From Utricularia gibba (taxonomy: Eukaryota > Plantae > Magnoliophyta): a stretch of 64,000 nucleotides of DNA. The notes beneath the pieces were generated by a model. It worked only from the letters and a program-made list of their open reading frames with translations. It did not search any database and was not told where the DNA came from. The translations under genes and the position numbers were made by a program. Shown here in pieces: positions 24,426 through 37,786 of this stretch (position 1 is the first letter of the stretch; every line of letters begins with the position of its first letter). The DNA is taken from positions 1,674,001-1,738,000 of the forward strand of contig NEEC01000013.1 of NCBI GenBank assembly GCA_002189035.1, given 5' to 3'.

Positions 24426-26234
24426 ATGGCCATGAATAAAGCCTCAGGATTCGTTCCCGCGCTCAATTATCGAGAAAGTCTTTTTCGTGTTTCGACGTCT
24501 TTTTTTCACAGCACCCCTGTGTTAGAGCGCAGGAGACGCACCAATTGGGATTCTGTAAGTTTTGTTTGATGGGGGAGGATGTTGTACGTTGAGCTTCTTA
24601 CAGGCTTGCACAAACGAATAATGATACCTCATTTCTATCTTAGGCTCGAGTTATCTCTCGTTTCTATGATATTTGCTCTTGTTGCTTCTTGTCATTTCTC
24701 TATCTTCTGAGTTATCAAATAATGTGATTTCCCATATAACTTTGTTTCTGTTTTCCTGCAGGGGTCTTCTTTCAGGAGTTCCCCAAAGGTTGAACTTTCT
24801 TATCTTTTCTTTCAGCATCGATGATTGTTATCTAGTAGAATTCTTGCACTGTGTTTAAGCATTTTGGTTGCGGAATGTGTGCTGATAATTCATCAACAAA
24901 TGTGCAAATGAACCGAATCCTCTATACGGAGTAATTTACTGCCGGACAAGAGTCTTTTGTGATTCATAAAAAATGAGTTTTCTAGGCTATAACAAGTTTT
25001 TAGTCCACTATAACTCGCTGCAGTAAAGCTAAGTACGGTTTAATTCACTTCCCTGATGTTGGTCAAGGTTTTTTTTGTGTGATAATAGATTATCTCTGTT
25101 CCCCATTGTTGTGAAAAAGAGATGTCGCATATTATACCTTCAGCTACTCCTGATGGACTAAAGGGGTATCGTATTTTTTCAGAAGTTTAACAATTACTAT
25201 AAAAGGCTCAAAAACAAGACTTCTTTGCGTGATATTGGTGATTTTGCGGAGCAGTTATTTCAGGTATCTTCTACCGCGCCTTGTTCTCCATTTTGTAGCA
25301 ATACCAGATTCTCGTTCACAGGGTTTCCTCTGATATATTGTAAGCGTATTGTCATAGAATCAAAGGGGTTCATCAATGTTAAACTTGTTACTCTTTGCCT
25401 ATCCATGTTGTCAATGTAATTGTATGGTTTTTCTTTGATGGCTGTGAAGCAGAGATGGAAATCAGATAGCGATTTCTCTAACCACGAGCATTTCTGGTTT
25501 AGACCAAATTTCACTGAAGATGGTTATCGGCGAGAGAGGTTAAGAAACAAGACATCAGGAAACTCCCGAAGTAAGTTATCTGTTTTTCTTAAATCCAAGT
25601 AGAAAAGTTTTCAACTTTCTTTTTTGTTTATGATTCTCCAGGAACGTATGAGTTTTGCATGGAGGAAGAAGATGAGGATTTCAGCAATATTTTCCGTGCA
25701 GCTTTTAGAGGGAATCCATACATGTATTGGACCTTCACAGCAGGTGGTGAGGCTCGGTTCAGGAACTCTAATCGATATCATTCAAGATATGAGGAAGTGG
25801 ATGATTCCTCTGATGAATATGAAAAATCATCAACTCGAGATGTGAGTAGCTTTTCGTCATCCAATAGGCGTGCCCTGGGTCTAAACATATCAGGACCCTT
25901 AAACCTGGAAGATGTAAAAAATGCGTAAGATTTCTCTGTTTCCATTTTCTTTCTTCTCAGTAGGTGAATATGTTTTCAAATTCAAGCCTCAAATGCAATA
26001 CTTTCCATCCCAGATATCGAGTTTGTGCACTAAAATGGCATCCAGACCGGCACCAGGGTTCATCCAAGGTAACAAACTATAGGAGAGCTGTGTATTTTTA
26101 TTGTTTCTCATTATCAATATCCTAGTTTTCAAATTCGACTGTTTTTTGCGATACTGAAGGCTGCAGCTGAAGAGAAGTTCAAGGCTTGCAGTGCAGCATA
26201 TGAATCCTTATGTCAGGAATTGACATTGAGCTAG
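24426..26234 (+). CDS. DnaJ-domain protein with C-terminal J domain and probable organellar targeting peptide, 7 exons
   Basis: MAMNKASG...FFHSTPVLERRRRTNWDS, then RRALGLNISGPLNLEDVKNA|YRVCALKWHPDRHQGSSK|AAAEEKFKACSAAYESLC with the HPD motif intact. Confidence 0.9.
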
Positions 26235-26467
26235 TTCAACTGCTCAGTTTAATCTTTTAAACATTTACAAGAATAAACTGTACACTATTGAGATTTCTCC
26301 TTGAGTAGATCAGAATACTTTCCAAGAGTTTTCAAAAGATGATAAGCCTCACCTGAGCCTACTTTGCATTAACTATTAGCCGTGGTCATCACCTGCCTTG
26401 GTGATCACCATCGCCAATCACAAAAATCCAGCACATGGCTTACTGCTGATATACTTGCTGGATGGTT

Positions 26468-28271
26468 CTATTTCCTTTCGGACCATTCAAAATATTTTCT
26501 CTTGGCCTTCAAGGGACCTGCATCTTCATTTTCAGGACAACGTGCGCCAGGTTGCTCTGGCTTGACCAAGCCTCGATTCCTACACAACTTCAGTACTGGC
26601 GTCGCATCAAGTGGCGCTCCATGTGCCTTTTGGACGAAATCTGAATCTGCTTCTGCATGACTGGTTTCATTTCCTTGCATTCTGCAGGGCATTAGTTCTT
26701 CTCCCTCACAAACAGTAGACAGCATCAGCTGCATTTCAGTGATGTCCGAGAATTTACAGCAGAAACATGGAAGCTGGATCTTTGTAAGAACACTGTTTAT
26801 GTTCATGAATGTACCTTCCAATCTTTGAAGTCGCATCTGAACACGAAATGACAGTAACCCGCCTCCCCTGATCGAACTGCATTGGCAGTGGGAGCATTCT
26901 TTGGGGCTGGAAAACAACAGTTCCAGTTATGCTGAATCACCCATGCCCAGGGGATGCATAGATAACACTTACAAACTAGATGACGACCAGTTTCATCGAC
27001 TGAGACTTCAGCCCTCCCATCCTTTATGAGAAACGATAGTCCAAATAAGTTCTCCACCGTCTGTGAAAAGGAGATACGGTTCAGTATCAGATTTTCCAGC
27101 TTAACTCTGTGATTCTTCCTAAGGATACGGAACATCGTGGCCATGTTTTTATCTGTCTCTGTATTTGCCTTATTACAATGTTGGCCGAGCTGCAACATAA
27201 AGCAACTTAGATCAAAAACTACACCAACAAATTTTGTAGTTAAAAGGAAACGTACGTAGCCATCGCATGCACAAATTTTATCGGTGCTGAAACTTCTACC
27301 TCTTCAGGACGTGCACTTTTGGTTGCTTGTACATGCTTCCTATGGACCGCCATCTTCCGCTTCTTGATTTCACTGTTTATGGGACCAAGCCTGCAAAGAT
27401 GGATTTAGTTAAGTATGCTTCGATGCATAAACTAGATTAGAGACGCAGGAACTCATGTATAACTTGTAAGTTCCGAGTGTTACATTGTGCGACAACCAGG
27501 AGCATCCCTGAAAAGATCAGAGACTCTCTTTCTAATGCCAGTCCAGCTCACTGCAAATTCAGCTTGATGTTGGCCGCCACTTGATTCACAATGGGGCGGG
27601 AAATCCCTAAGAAGATGACTAACAAAATCCGCAGGGGTCAATCCTTCGTTGGTGTAAGACTTAAGAGACTCCACCAGTGTGCTTGCTATTTCATGCAGAG
27701 CTTCAGCATCTGCCACTTGCTCCTTAGGCGTGTTTACTGCGAAGAACGTGAAAGGAAGCGTAATTTAAACAAACCATGGTGGGAAGGACACTGACAGACC
27801 TCCACATGCTCATTTCTCAAGAAAAAAAAACAGGGCGATTTGAAGAAGGAGCGAACTCTCAACGTCAAAACACCACAGACTATGTACCCTGCTGATGCAT
27901 GTTGTCAACTTCTTCAATAATCGACCTGAACATAATGGAATCAACTAATGTATCATCCCTCTCATCTGCAATAACAAAAAAAAAACACCATTGTTTTCCA
28001 GTTGATTAATACTTTTCCATAGAAAAAAAAGCAGCTAGGCACATAACGTGTTCATATCTTCAAAGCCCAGATTGCACAGAATGAAAAAAGAAAGGGCTGC
28101 CATATCATTTGCTCCGAAAGGCAATCACTTACCAGATATTCGATTTTTAAATCTTAGATATTGAGAACGAAGAACCCCGCAGTCAACAGCATTCTCTCCC
28201 TTTTTCACGCGATCACCAATGACGGTTTTTCGTCCATCGCGTGCGCTATCGGTAAGCACCTCTTTCATCAT
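26468..28271 (-). CDS. NSE4: NSE4 kleisin subunit of the SMC5/6 complex, 7 exons
   Basis: GVLRSQYL..|DERDD..EEVDNMHQQ|V..PKEQVADAEAL..|MLGPIN..RPEE|..TDKNMATMF..FSQTVENLFGLSFLIKDGR..|PKNAP..HFVFRCDFKDWK|LM..GEELMPCR..TPVLKLCRNRGLV. Confidence 0.93.
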
Positions 28272-30645
28272 TCTCTTCCGACTGCTTCTTCTTTTGGTTC
28301 GATCAAAGATTCAGGGCTGAGGTATCGATCTTCCCCAGATACCAGGCGATTGAAGCTTAGAAGACGAAACGCATCATCGAAAGACGAAGCGGTACACAGG
28401 AAAATTGCTCTGTACGCTTCAAGTACCAAACGTCACGTAGAGGGAAGAAAGCGTTTAAATTCATCGATTATTCTTTTTAAATTCAAATTCGATTTTTTTC
28501 CTTATTTTAAAATATTTTACTCAATTATCTTTCCTAAAATTGATTTTTCAAGTTTATGATCCATAAAAATTAGAAAAAGAAATAATACTCTAATTGATAG
28601 TTTACAACATACTTTTTCTACAATTTAAATAATTATTTGATTATTTATGAAGCAGTAAATACATATTTCACAAATAAATAGCTTTATATTAAATAATTAT
28701 ATGATAGTAATATTAACAATTTCAAATTCTAGAACTTACACATAGGATGTGTGATAGTTGTGGCATTTAAGTATATTAAAAAATATTTTAACAGGAATAT
28801 GCAGATAAAATAAAGCTATATGGATAATATAAGATATATTTAGATGACAAAGTATAAATAGTATAACAATGTTTCATTTGTATGAAAATATAATTATCTT
28901 TTCATTATTTTTTAATTTTATATCAAATAAGCAATATAATGTAAAAAAGACAAATAAATCATGAAATACGTATCCTAAAATACATGAACACCCATTTTTT
29001 ATTCTAATATTTCATAAATTTTATTTTACTTAATAAACATGAAATTTCGATATACTTGTTAATATTTTTTATCTAATATCCCATATCAAAGACAACCATA
29101 AAACATAATGATAAGAAAATAAAAAATATTGATTGAATATATAAGAATATATTTCGTAGTTATCACTCATAGAAATTCAGTAGCTCTGATATCATGTTAA
29201 TTTGAAAAAAAGAACAAAGTTTACGTAATCAAAATTGTTTACATTTCATCTATTCGATAAGATTTACAAATACAAAAGAAATTAGCAAATATGATATAAT
29301 TTTGAGGAGTGTTCTGGAAAATTTTTAAATTTTATTTATATTTTTTAAAAATAAAAATAGTTTTGTTTTAGAACATTTTTATCAAAAACAATTTTAAAAT
29401 TATTAATACAAAAGTGCATTTTTTTCAATCAATTATCAAGATTTAATTACTCATCATGATAATATTAAACACTATGAAACACACCTTAATATATAAAACA
29501 AGCGTGCTCATTAAAAATTGCGATAGTCACCCCACAAGGTCGCATACGGTAGACAAGTATAAGACATCTATGTTTATGCGTATTAGTGCCTAATCCGGTG
29601 ATTAATGTAATTAAAATAATCGCATGTTGATGACCTACTAAATAATTAAAATAAATGCCACGTCTGCGTAATTAACTTCACGTACGACGCCAGCACCAGA
29701 AAGCTCTGCGTGATGCCTGACGCCAATCTTTTACCAAATTAATATTTGAATTAAAATATAAAAAAGAATTTTCTTTTTTTAAGTAATAATTTCACTTATT
29801 CCGAGTTCACTTCACTTGAAATTGTAATAAAAGTGTTTTTATTTAGCATTTAATTGGTCCAAGTTGAGTGGTGAAAAAGTTAATTAACCAATTAATTTTT
29901 TTTTAAAAAATGTAATAATGATTAATAGTTTAAAGCCCTAATTAATGGTCAATGTTTATTTAGGGTTGGCGACCCGGGGAGGTTTAATCCACGAGCTTTA
30001 GAGTTGACTTTCTTCTTTTTGGGAAATTTTCGTCTACGCCGGCGTTGCTGGACCAGCGTCATCATCCCCCACGTTACTTTATTTTTTTAATTCAGAAAAT
30101 ACAAAATCAAGTTTTTAATTTGATATCTTTAATGCATATTTTGACCTATTTATTGAGATTGATATTTCCTTTTGCTTTTATAAGAATATATTTTATTATT
30201 AATATTTAAATAAATATACATTATGACATTATTAATATCATCTTATTTTAGGGATAGAAATGGGCAAAAGCATATATGTAATAACACGTGCATGAGTCAT
30301 AAATGCTTTAGACAAGTAATTAAAAGGAGAAAACACAGGGCTGAACATGTAATTAATCCGCTAATGACCTTCTTAATGACGCTATGGTTACTTGCTTGTT
30401 TCAAATGTCCGTCCAATTAAAAAATAAAAATAAAAAATCCCACACGGGGGTTCCTTGGGTATCACCATGGACCCTACCGCACAGGATCATCCCACCATGT
30501 CAACTGAATTGTTTATATCTCCCTCCTCCTCATCTTCAACTCCTCCTCCAGCTTCTTCACGTAACAGAAGAAGACCCTGGAAACGGGGGAATCTTTTTCT
30601 GGATTAGTGATTATTCATTCCGTACTTGTATTTAGTCTCGGTTAA

Positions 30646-31860
30646 ATGATTTCCAGGGCTACGAGTTCTTGTTACTCATTGCCGATTCACGGCGGAGGAG
30701 ACGGAGGAGGAGGAGGAGGAATTCATGAGGTTCAGGATCTTTCGGAGACGAACTCGTCTTCTTTTCTATTTAATCTGTCGGTTTTGAAGGATAAAGTTCA
30801 TCAAATCCAGTCTTTTGCGAGTATATGGATGTCGCCGGAAAGCCCACAGACGGCGGTGGCGATACCCACCATGGCTACTTTGATTCAGGAGATCATCGTG
30901 ACCGCTTATTCTATGAAGTTTTCGTGCCAGCAGATGGCGATCGGCTCGCCGGCAGCCTTCGATTTGAATAATCAAAGGAGTAAGATGGTGGCGGAGATTG
31001 TCAACGCAGGAAGTAGAGGTGGCGGTGCAAGAGGGTTTCTTCCGGATCAGGTGAACTGAATACACGCACATACGCTGCACCCGGAGTTTGATGTTTGATA
31101 ATTTCTAGAGTTGCCTGAACATAGAAACATGTCTGGTTTGAGATCAGGTTGACGATCAGTGGAGTAGGAATCATCATGATCTGTACAATAACTCAAATGA
31201 GGATCTGGGCCGGAGAATCGAAGTTGGTTACCGGCGGGAGACGACGGAGAAGCGGGAAATAATCGACGGCTCAAACAATTTCGATATCGTCGAACTCGAC
31301 GCCGCCGATTTGCTAGCCAAATACACACACTACTGCCAAATCTGTGGCAAAGGATTCAAACGCGACGCCAATCTCCGTATGCATATGCGAGCCCACGGCG
31401 ACGAGTATAAATCAAGCGCTGCCCTGAGCAACCCGAAGAAGAATAACCCAAACTACGGCGGCGGCGAATCAACCTCCCCTCGAAACCACCGCGAAAGTAT
31501 TCGTGCCCACAGGAAGGCTGCAGGTGGAACAAAAACCACCCGAAATTCCAGCCCCTGAAATCCATGATCTGCGTGAAGAATCATTTCAAAAGAAGCCACT
31601 GCCCGAAAATGTACGTCTGCAAAAGGTGCAACCGGAAGCAGTTTTCTGTTCTTTCCGATTTGCGAACGCATGAGAAACACTGCGGGGATCTGAAATGGCA
31701 GTGCTCTTGTGGGACGACGTTTTCGCGGAAGGATAAACTTATGGGTCATCTTGCTTTGTTCGTCGGGCACTCGCCGGCCATCAATACGAGGACGGCGGCG
31801 GGGACCCAAAATTCAGCCCAATTAGGCCAAAATTCAAGTTTGGGTTTTGAGCCAGGGTAA
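30646..31860 (+). CDS. STOP2: STOP2-like C2H2 zinc-finger transcription factor; one 97-nt intron (31051-31147) and one single-base frameshift near 31476-31479
   Basis: [38 protein letters not shown], then in a shifted frame [45 protein letters not shown]...[24 protein letters not shown]. Adding one C to the C4 run restores a continuous 372-aa frame. Confidence 0.85.
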
Positions 31861-32325
31861 TTTCATTAATAATTCTCATAATCTGTAATTTCACTCCATT
31901 TTTACCGCGGTAACTCACACTGAAAGTAACCCATTTCAACAGTAAGAACAGGAAATTAATGAAAGGAAGAATTGCCTAAATGGCGAATACTTCCATCAAT
32001 AATCCAAAATAACATTATTAACGCCAAAAATATTAATATTCCTCATTATTTCAAGATTAAGTAGAATCGTATAAAATCGATTCCTATTATTTACAATATC
32101 AGTTTGATACGAAGGTATTAGTATGTTTAATTATACTAAAATTGGGCATATATACTTAATTATAACATTAAGTATATATAGATATTCTAAGAATATAAAT
32201 TTAAGTATATAATTGATATAGATATAATTAGCCCATCTTTTTCTATTTATGTATACCATTTATATATTCAAAAATATATATATAAACAGTATAGTCATAT
32301 AAGGTTTGAATACATATATTAATTA

Positions 32326-32610
32326 GGGGCTGTTTTATAAGATAATATGAAAGATTTATATCTAAATTTATATATATACCGTTGTTTGATTAGTTAATAT
32401 ACATCATTATATGATTATATTATTGACATACTCATTTTTTGAATATATGAGTGATATATACAAATAGAGGGGTACCTAATTATATGTATAACACTCATAT
32501 ATCCAAACTTTTATCATCACATATCAAATGTTATATAAAATTGAATATATATATATATACTTTATTATATTATAATTAAACATGTTAATACCTTTCTATC
32601 AAACGACTTT
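32326..32610. mobile_element. Possible Tourist/PIF-type MITE remnant
   Basis: AT-rich 285-bp segment bounded by degenerate inverted ends ggggctgttttata...tatcaaacgacttt with TTA/TAA-like flanks. Confidence 0.3.
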
Positions 32611-33052
32611 TTAATCAAATAGTGATTTTTATGTAAACTTGTATATAAATCTTCAATATTATAATATCAAACACTTTCGAAAATCAATCAAAATTGATCC
32701 TCATAGAATCATTATCTAATATTTCGATAAACATAGTTTCGATTATTTTTCAAAGATGGCAAGAATTAAACATCCTCGTTTTTCAAACAAATAGATCCAA
32801 TTATATGTCATACTCAAATAATGAGAATTAATTATGTACAAGTTATTAAATATTGGGACTAATTTTATCTACTACGTCGAATTTTGAAAACTACATATAT
32901 TCGATATACTAAATAGCGAAAATTAATTCTATTAATAGGAATTAAGTGTCATTTTTATAAACAAAGTTTTTTCTCAAAATTTACATTGATTTGCTTAAAA
33001 TTGATGCATCAATAATGGGGTGGGAGAGCGTTGATCACCTGCATGCGGATTG

Positions 33053-33712
33053 TCAAAAGCTACTGGATCTTTTCAAGATGGGGGTCCGTTGTTCCAAATC
33101 AGAGCAACTGCTGACCCTCCTCACTCCATCCGGACCCCACTTGACCAACGGCTCTATCGTCACGGCCGTCGATTCGCGCGGTGCACCGAACCCAATTTGT
33201 CCCCTCGCCGCACCAGGACACGCCCCTCCACCCAGGCTGAACAGCTGGGCCGACCTGCAGAAGGGGCATGTCACGTGACATTTCAGCCACATGTCAAGAC
33301 ACGTCGGATGAAGCACGTGACCGCAGTAGGGGATCAGCTTCACGGTCTCCCTCTCCTCAAACTCGCTCAAACAAACCACGCACTCGCCGTCGCCGGAGTA
33401 CGGCACCAGCGGAAGCGATTTCAGGGCGGCGGGGTCGAGACCTCCTCCCTTGCGACAGTCCGGGATCGGACTGGCGTCGGCGGAGGTTCCGGACTCCGAC
33501 AAAACCACCCGATTGAAGAAGCGCAGGAGGACGCTCAAGAATCCCAGTAGGAAAATTGCGATGAAGAAGACGAGGATAGCGATGGCCGTCGCCGGTTGGA
33601 CGTACGGCGAAGCTGTGACGATGGCGGCGGTGGTGGGGTCACCGGGTTCGGAGGCGGAGGGGTATTGCTGTGGGCGAGGGAGTTGTAGGAGGAGCCTCCT
33701 ACCTGAGATCAT
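33053..33712 (-). CDS. ATL-family RING-H2 E3 ubiquitin ligase (ATL57-like), intronless
   Basis: Transmembrane helix AIAILVFFIAIFLLGFLSVLL, GLD motif (GGLDPAALKSLP) and RING-H2 CVVCLSEFEERETVKLIPYCGHVLHPTCLDMWLKCHVTCPFCR. Confidence 0.94.
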   Translation of the reverse strand: MISGRRLLLQLPRPQQYPSASEPGDPTTAAIVTASPYVQPATAIAILVFFIAIFLLGFLSVLLRFFNRVVLSESGTSADASPIPDCRKGGGLDPAALKSLPLVPYSGDGECVVCLSEFEERETVKLIPYCGHVLHPTCLDMWLKCHVTCPFCRSAQLFSLGGGACPGAARGQIGFGAPRESTAVTIEPLVKWGPDGVRRVSSCSDLEQRTPILKRSSSF

Positions 33713-34974
33713 ATTGCCGCGGGCGCACCTTCAATTCAACTTCTGCTTCTCAGAAGAGGAAGATGGAGGAGGAGATAAGCTCAGCAATAAAAGGAAAATT
33801 TAGAGCAAAAAAAAAAAAAAACAGTCAGTATCTGACATTTTGACAACTTTTGACAAGGCAGTTTTGTCTTGGGAGGCTACCAAGTTTTAATAATATCTAA
33901 TAATAATTGAGCAGCCTCTTCAATGTTGTTTTTGATTTTGCAAGCATTTTCCCACGAGCAAAAAATGAAAAAAAAAACGTGGGTGGATTTGTCTTCAATA
34001 AGTTCGTTGGGTTTGGGCCCAATCATGATTTCGTGGTCACGAAGAAATAAGGATTTGGGTCCAGGCTGTACCCTGCATCGGTCCAAATGTTGGCCACCTG
34101 GACCAGCTCAAGCCCAAAAGTCCCACAGCCGTGGTCCGCGGATCCGCTTCCTGGGTCCGGACCGGGGACCCATGAAGTATTGCTGACTTCGGGCCGAACC
34201 CGTCTCCGACTCAAGTGTTACTGGGTCGGGTAGGCCCAGTGGATCCGAACCGGCCCGATTCACACCCAAAGTATTAAATAAGAAAAATCAATTATTTTTA
34301 ACGAATAATATCGTACAAAATGAGTGTAATTTATTACATTTTATACTACGTCTTATAATTGATGATGAAGCAACTCTCAACCAGGATGTTGAGTTTCAAA
34401 AAGGAATCTACGTACTTAACTCAAGAAAGTGTGTAGATAATTTAGATGAATTCCATTTTGTTTATGAATAAGATGAATAAATAATTTATATAAAATGACC
34501 TTTAATCTATCATGATATATTATTTCGAGAGAGAAGAATATAAATTTATGAAAATTAAATATTCAAAGTAAATAATATTATATAATGAGAAGTTAAGTTT
34601 TGCTGAAATTAATTTGATATGACAATAAAAACATAAAATTCAAATTCTATGTATTGAGTTCAAAATTATAATTTTTTTGTAAATGATATTTTTACCTTTT
34701 TTTAATAAAAATAATCATTTATAGAGAACGTATAGATATTTCAATTTTTTTATACTAATCATATTTTATAACTTATTTAATATAATTTATTATATAATAT
34801 TTTAAAATCCAATTTAATGCAACAGAGAACAAATTTTGGGGAATGCCCTGTAAAAATATTGCGGTACATTCCATTTGGTTGTCTGTGTATGCCGCAGATT
34901 CCGAAATGCTCAGAGACGGCAGGGATCTCGGGTCCAGTCCAGGGGCGCCTGCTTGTTTGCTGGGGGTTAGGTCC

Positions 34975-34985
34975 ACGTCACGTGT
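34975..34985 (+). promoter_or_regulatory. Tandem ACGT/G-box element upstream of the NRL gene
   Basis: cacgtcacgtg in the GC-richer segment preceding the NRL 5' leader. Confidence 0.3.
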
Positions 34986-35741
34986 TCGACCGACAAGAAG
35001 ACCCTCGACGCCTCTCCTTACTTTTGCGTTTCAAGCCTTGTGTGTGTGATTCGCCATGTCCCCTTGACTTGCTTCCCCCGCCATCGTGGCTGGCTTTACT
35101 TTAACGTTTTCCTGCAAATCACCAACTGGGTCTATTGGAGTTATTGGTGGGCCTGATCGTTAACTACAGAAATTTGTTTCAAGAAAATTTTAGAGGCATC
35201 TTGCTTCTGTGGTGAAGTTGATGGTTCTGTGAGCTGGGTTTCTTGTCCCTTTTTGGTGATTCTATAATTGAGACGACCCTATTTTTTTTGTCAGTATTGA
35301 TTACTGCGTTTAAAATGTTAGAACTGCGTTAGGTAGAAGCCATACTGTTTTAAGGGAAGTGATGAACGTTTCAGAAAGTTGAGTGTTTGTTTGTTTTTCT
35401 ATGACTATAATCAATCCTTAGCTGTTGGCTAGATTCTTCTTCTTTTTTTCCAATGTCGTTTCTTCGGTTTTTGGAAACTGTATCTTCATGGTGTACGTGG
35501 TAGGCGACCTGCAATTTGTTGGGTCTTGTTTGTTTTACCTGCTCCTTTATGAGTAGCTGAGCTGTATGAATAATTCCCCCAGCCTCTTTAATGTTTGGGC
35601 TGCCTGTAATGGCGATGGCGATCTGATGGTTCAAGAGAAAGGGACTTTTCTTTGAACGATTGGGAATATTTATGAGATTTGTGACTTTCATCTGCAGAAA
35701 CATTAAAACAGCCCGTCCTTTATTGAAAGCTCTGTCTGTTG

Positions 35742-37786
35742 ATGGCAGTTGTGGGAAGACTTTCAGGATTTCGCAGGGAAGGAGAAAACTGGTAAGCTCT
35801 CCCCTGTTTCACTGTTCTGCTTCACCTTCTGAGATAACATAAACCACAACGTGCATTAAAAAAAAGAAAAGAAAAGCTTTTTTAATGCCCTGATGGCTTT
35901 AAACATGATCTCTTACCAGGTTCGTTGGTTCAAGTTTGCCTAGCGATCTTACAGTTGTAGTCGATGAAGTAAAATTCCATCTTCACAAGGTAACTCTGAG
36001 CTGTAGCACTTTTTTTATATGGAATTTACTAATGCTTCTGTATTGCCTTCAGTTCCCTCTTTTTTCAAGATGTGGGAAGATAGCAGCTCTGTTTGAAGAA
36101 TCTGAAAGCAGACAAGAGTCACCCTTCAGTGTTACTCTAGAAGATTTTCCTGGTGGTGCTGATGTATTTCTAAAAGTTGTGAAATTCTGCTATGGTGTTC
36201 GAATCGAGTTTACATCAAGAAATGTAGTAATTCTGTATTGTGCAGCAGAGTATCTTGAGATGACAGATGATTTGGGGGAGGGCAATTTACAGTCCAAGTT
36301 GGAGGATTTCTTCCATGGGCATGTTCTGAGGCACTGGAAAGATTGTGCTTTGGCTCTCCAAACCTGTGAACCAGTCACTGCTAGAGCAGAAAAGCTTAAC
36401 CTCCCTGCTAGATGTATAGATGCCCTGTCTGTGATGATTTGCACTGATTCTTCCTTGTTCGGATGGCCGATGAAGATGTACGGTAGCCTTCAAAGCCCCG
36501 GAGGCAGCATCCTATGGAACGGAATAAACACAGGTGCAAAGCTCCACAGTGATGATTCCAGTTGGTGGTTTGAAGATGTGTCATATGTTGGTGTCCATTT
36601 CTTTGAGAGACTGATCCGCACATTGGAAGGAAAAGGAGTGGATCCTAAGATCTTAGCCCGAGCAGTTATGTACTACAGCACAAGGTATCTTCCTGGATTG
36701 AGCCGGTGGCAGGGAGAGCAAACTGGTAAACCTCCTACAGCTTCAAGTTTCAGTATCACATCCTCCAGCCTTGATCAAAGAACCCTCCTGGAAACTGTCA
36801 TCAAAATACTTCCGGAGAAGAGAGGGAAGCCATTCTGCCGTTTCCTACTCGGGCTCCTGAGGAATGCATTGATCATGGGGTTTGACAGCAAGATCCTGGA
36901 TTCCTTGGAGAGGAAAATAGGCGTGCAGCTGGAGTTCGCATCACTTGATAGCTTACTGATACCCAAATTTTCCGACTCCGAAACTTTATATGACATCGAC
37001 TGTCTAGAGAGGATGGTCCACCATTTCGTTTCAAGTGAGGTAATTGGTGATCCAGTTTCCCATTCATCTCTGGATCAAGGCACATCACCATGGACTGCAC
37101 GCCTGGGAAGTGTTGCCAAGCTGGTGGACGGCTATCTTGCTGAAGTTGCTTCTGATGTGAACTTGAAGCTCGAAAAATTCCATTCCCTGGTTGCGGCATT
37201 ACCCGATTCTTCAAGAACATTGCACGACGGGATATACCGAGCGGTCGATATCTATCTCAAGGTACTGTCATGATCATTTGGGTTGTCAGCAAAATGGTGG
37301 ATGCAGCAACAGGAGGTAAATATAGGTAATCTGAAAAACGTTTTTACTGGTTAGCAGGAACACTCGTCGCTCTCAGAGAAGGAAAGGGAGCACCTGTGCA
37401 GCGCCATCCATTTCGAAAAGCTCTCAATCGACGCCTGTGTCCACGCTTCCCAGAACGAGAGGCTGCCAATGCGGGTCATATTGCAGGTGCTGTTTTTCGA
37501 GCAGATGCATCTGAGAGCAGCCCTAGCCAGTTACCTCAATGTGGGGGGTTCCCAAGGCGCCCCTGCAAGCGTCGCGGAAGAGAACCAGGCGCTGAAGGTG
37601 AACATGGAGAGGATGAGATCCAGGGTTGGGGAATTGGAGGAAGAATTCAGTAAAATGAGAGATGAGATGCGGAGGATGAGCAATCGGCATGGGTCCGTCG
37701 GATCCCGCGCGCTTCCTTCAGAGGGCTGGGATGCAGACTCCTGGCCCCTTCAGATGCCGCCAGATGAGGGCGTGGTGCGTCCATAG
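35742..37786 (+). CDS. BTB/POZ-NPH3 (NRL) family protein, At3g44820-like, 4 exons; tail probably frameshifted
   Basis: MAVVGRLSGFRREGENW|F..LPSDLTVVVDEVKFHLHK|FPLFSRCGKI..SPGGSILWNGINTGA..WWFED..HDGIYRAVDIYLK|EH..LSIDACVHASQNERLPMRVILQVLFFEQ. Confidence 0.92.

Noticed and set aside
29184-29205. gctctgatatca-tgtt, PBS-like motif next to an LTR-like start
   Set aside because: Isolated; no second LTR or internal domain is visible.
33050-33803. Plus-strand ORFs of 82-166 aa over the ATL gene
   Set aside because: Antisense shadows of a GC-rich CDS. The same applies to ORFs overlapping MTP, GDSL, STOP2, NHL, NEK6, BAHD and IQD.
35569-35660. Short uORF (MNNSPSLF..KGTFL*) in the NRL leader
   Set aside because: May be intronic, and it does not resemble any conserved peptide uORF I know.
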